DNA from: Candidatus Uhrbacteria bacterium
Lineage (GTDB): Bacteria; Patescibacteriota; Patescibacteriia; UBA9934
NCBI GenBank assembly: GCA_903848275.1
Contig: CAINGB010000009.1
Span: forward strand, 1-58,136
Reading direction: 5' to 3'
Length of the DNA: 58,136 nucleotides
Part shown: positions 57,237 to 58,136 of the stretch, one piece after another
How the letters are laid out: the number at the start of each line of letters is the position of its first letter
Numbering within the stretch: position 1 is the first letter of the stretch
Made by a program: the position numbers and the translations under genes
The notes under the pieces: model-generated
Seen by the model: only the letters and a program-made list of their open reading frames with translations
Databases searched by the model: none
What the model was told of the DNA's origin: nothing

Positions 57237-58055
57237 ATGCTCAACTCAATTATCGAAGTACTGAGCCTGAGCTTCATGCAACGAGCGCTGGTCGTCGGCT
57301 TGATGGTGGGCGTGGTGGCGCCAACGATTGGTATTTTCTTTGTAGTGCGACGTTACTCGGCAATGGCGGATACGTTGGCGCACGTCTCGCTAGCTGGCGT
57401 CGCTGTCAGCTTGTTGGCAGGGACGGCGGCAATTCCGACGGCACTCATAGTATCGATTCTGTCCGTGCTCGGCATTGAGCAACTGCGCGAGAAGAAAACC
57501 TTGCCAGCGGAAACTATCGTCTCGCTATTTCTCTTCGGCGGACTAGCTCTCGGCGTCGTCCTCCTCAGCTTGGCGCACGGTCACAACGTCAACATCGTCA
57601 ACTATCTCTTTGGCAATATCTTGACGGTCACCACGAGCGACGTGTGGAATATTGTCATCCTCGGTAGCGTGGTCGTCGTCGTTACGCTTATCTGTTGGCG
57701 ACAGTTCTTTGCCATCTCGCTCGACGAAGACACAGCGCGCGCGGCTGGCCTCCCCGTCAAACTGCTTAATCGCGTACTGGCGATTCTCGGAGCAGCCACG
57801 ATTGCCATTGCCATGAATGTCGTCGGCGTGTTGTTGATTGGGGCTTTGATGGTGATTCCGGTGCTCGCAGCTATGCAGTTCAAAGTTGGTTTTACGAGAA
57901 CTTGGCTAATGGCGGTGATTATTTCGCTCGTCTCGGTAGCTGCTGGCTTAGGTGCCTCATATGTCTTTGACCTCGCGAGCGGTGGCTCTATCGTGCTGGT
58001 AGCCATCGGCGGCTTTATCTTGTCGACGTTGGGTGCTAGAATGATCACAAAATAA
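57237..58055 (+). CDS. znuB: Zn/Mn ABC transporter permease
   Basis: FMQRAL, DTLAHVSLAG, YLFGNIL, VGVLLIGALMVIP. Confidence 0.92.
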   Translation: MLNSIIEVLSLSFMQRALVVGLMVGVVAPTIGIFFVVRRYSAMADTLAHVSLAGVAVSLLAGTAAIPTALIVSILSVLGIEQLREKKTLPAETIVSLFLFGGLALGVVLLSLAHGHNVNIVNYLFGNILTVTTSDVWNIVILGSVVVVVTLICWRQFFAISLDEDTARAAGLPVKLLNRVLAILGAATIAIAMNVVGVLLIGALMVIPVLAAMQFKVGFTRTWLMAVIISLVSVAAGLGASYVFDLASGGSIVLVAIGGFILSTLGARMITK

Positions 58056-58056
58056 C

Positions 58057-58136
58057 GTTGGTAGTTAGTAGTTGGTAGTCTGTAGTTAGGCTCACTGATG
58101 AAATAAGCTACCGACTACTAACTACATACTACTAAC
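58057..58136. repeat. Heptamer-type (GTTRGTA-like) tandem repeats in inverted arrangement
   Basis: gttggtagttagtagttggtagtctgtagttag ... ctaccgactactaactacatactactaac; a similar tract lies at ~8625-8650. Confidence 0.6.

Noticed and set aside
1-58136. CRISPR array
   Set aside because: No run of three or more equal repeats with unique spacers seen; the 43-bp repeat occurs only twice, 1.2 kb apart.

Overview
Bacterial chromosome window, probably a Patescibacteria/CPR organism. This is inferred from gene content (CxxC-x17-CxxC, DUF5671-, Gmad2- and DUF2914-like proteins, CPR-style large serine recombinase), not proven. Positions 1-23.5 kb and 50.2-58.1 kb are core or ordinary accessory genes: pepA fragment, cold-shock protein, GreA/B, ABC-F, PIF1-like helicase, NRAMP, RimK-like ligase, RhuM, and Fur/Zur with znuACB. 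Between them is a ~26.4 kb island that starts just after tRNA-Asn(GTT) (23563-23637) and ends near a degenerate tRNA-3'-end-like sequence plus a long hairpin (~50026-50089). The island carries: a PepE / aldo-keto reductase / DHQ-synthase-like cargo operon broken by an IS481 element; a large serine recombinase; a type I R-M operon (Fic-like, hsdM, hsdS, hsdR) with a reverse transcriptase gene tightly packed between hsdS and hsdR; a promoter-anchored ~120-nt multi-stem RNA candidate ahead of two nuclease genes; a ParB-methylase/methylase/terminase module with no capsid genes; and a LexA-like repressor, Schlafen, CD-NTase, Cap15, MazG (CBASS) operon. The best candidate for an undescribed system is the RT embedded in the type I R-M operon, possibly together with the neighbouring structured RNA. 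All family calls come from motif recognition by eye; no database searches were run.
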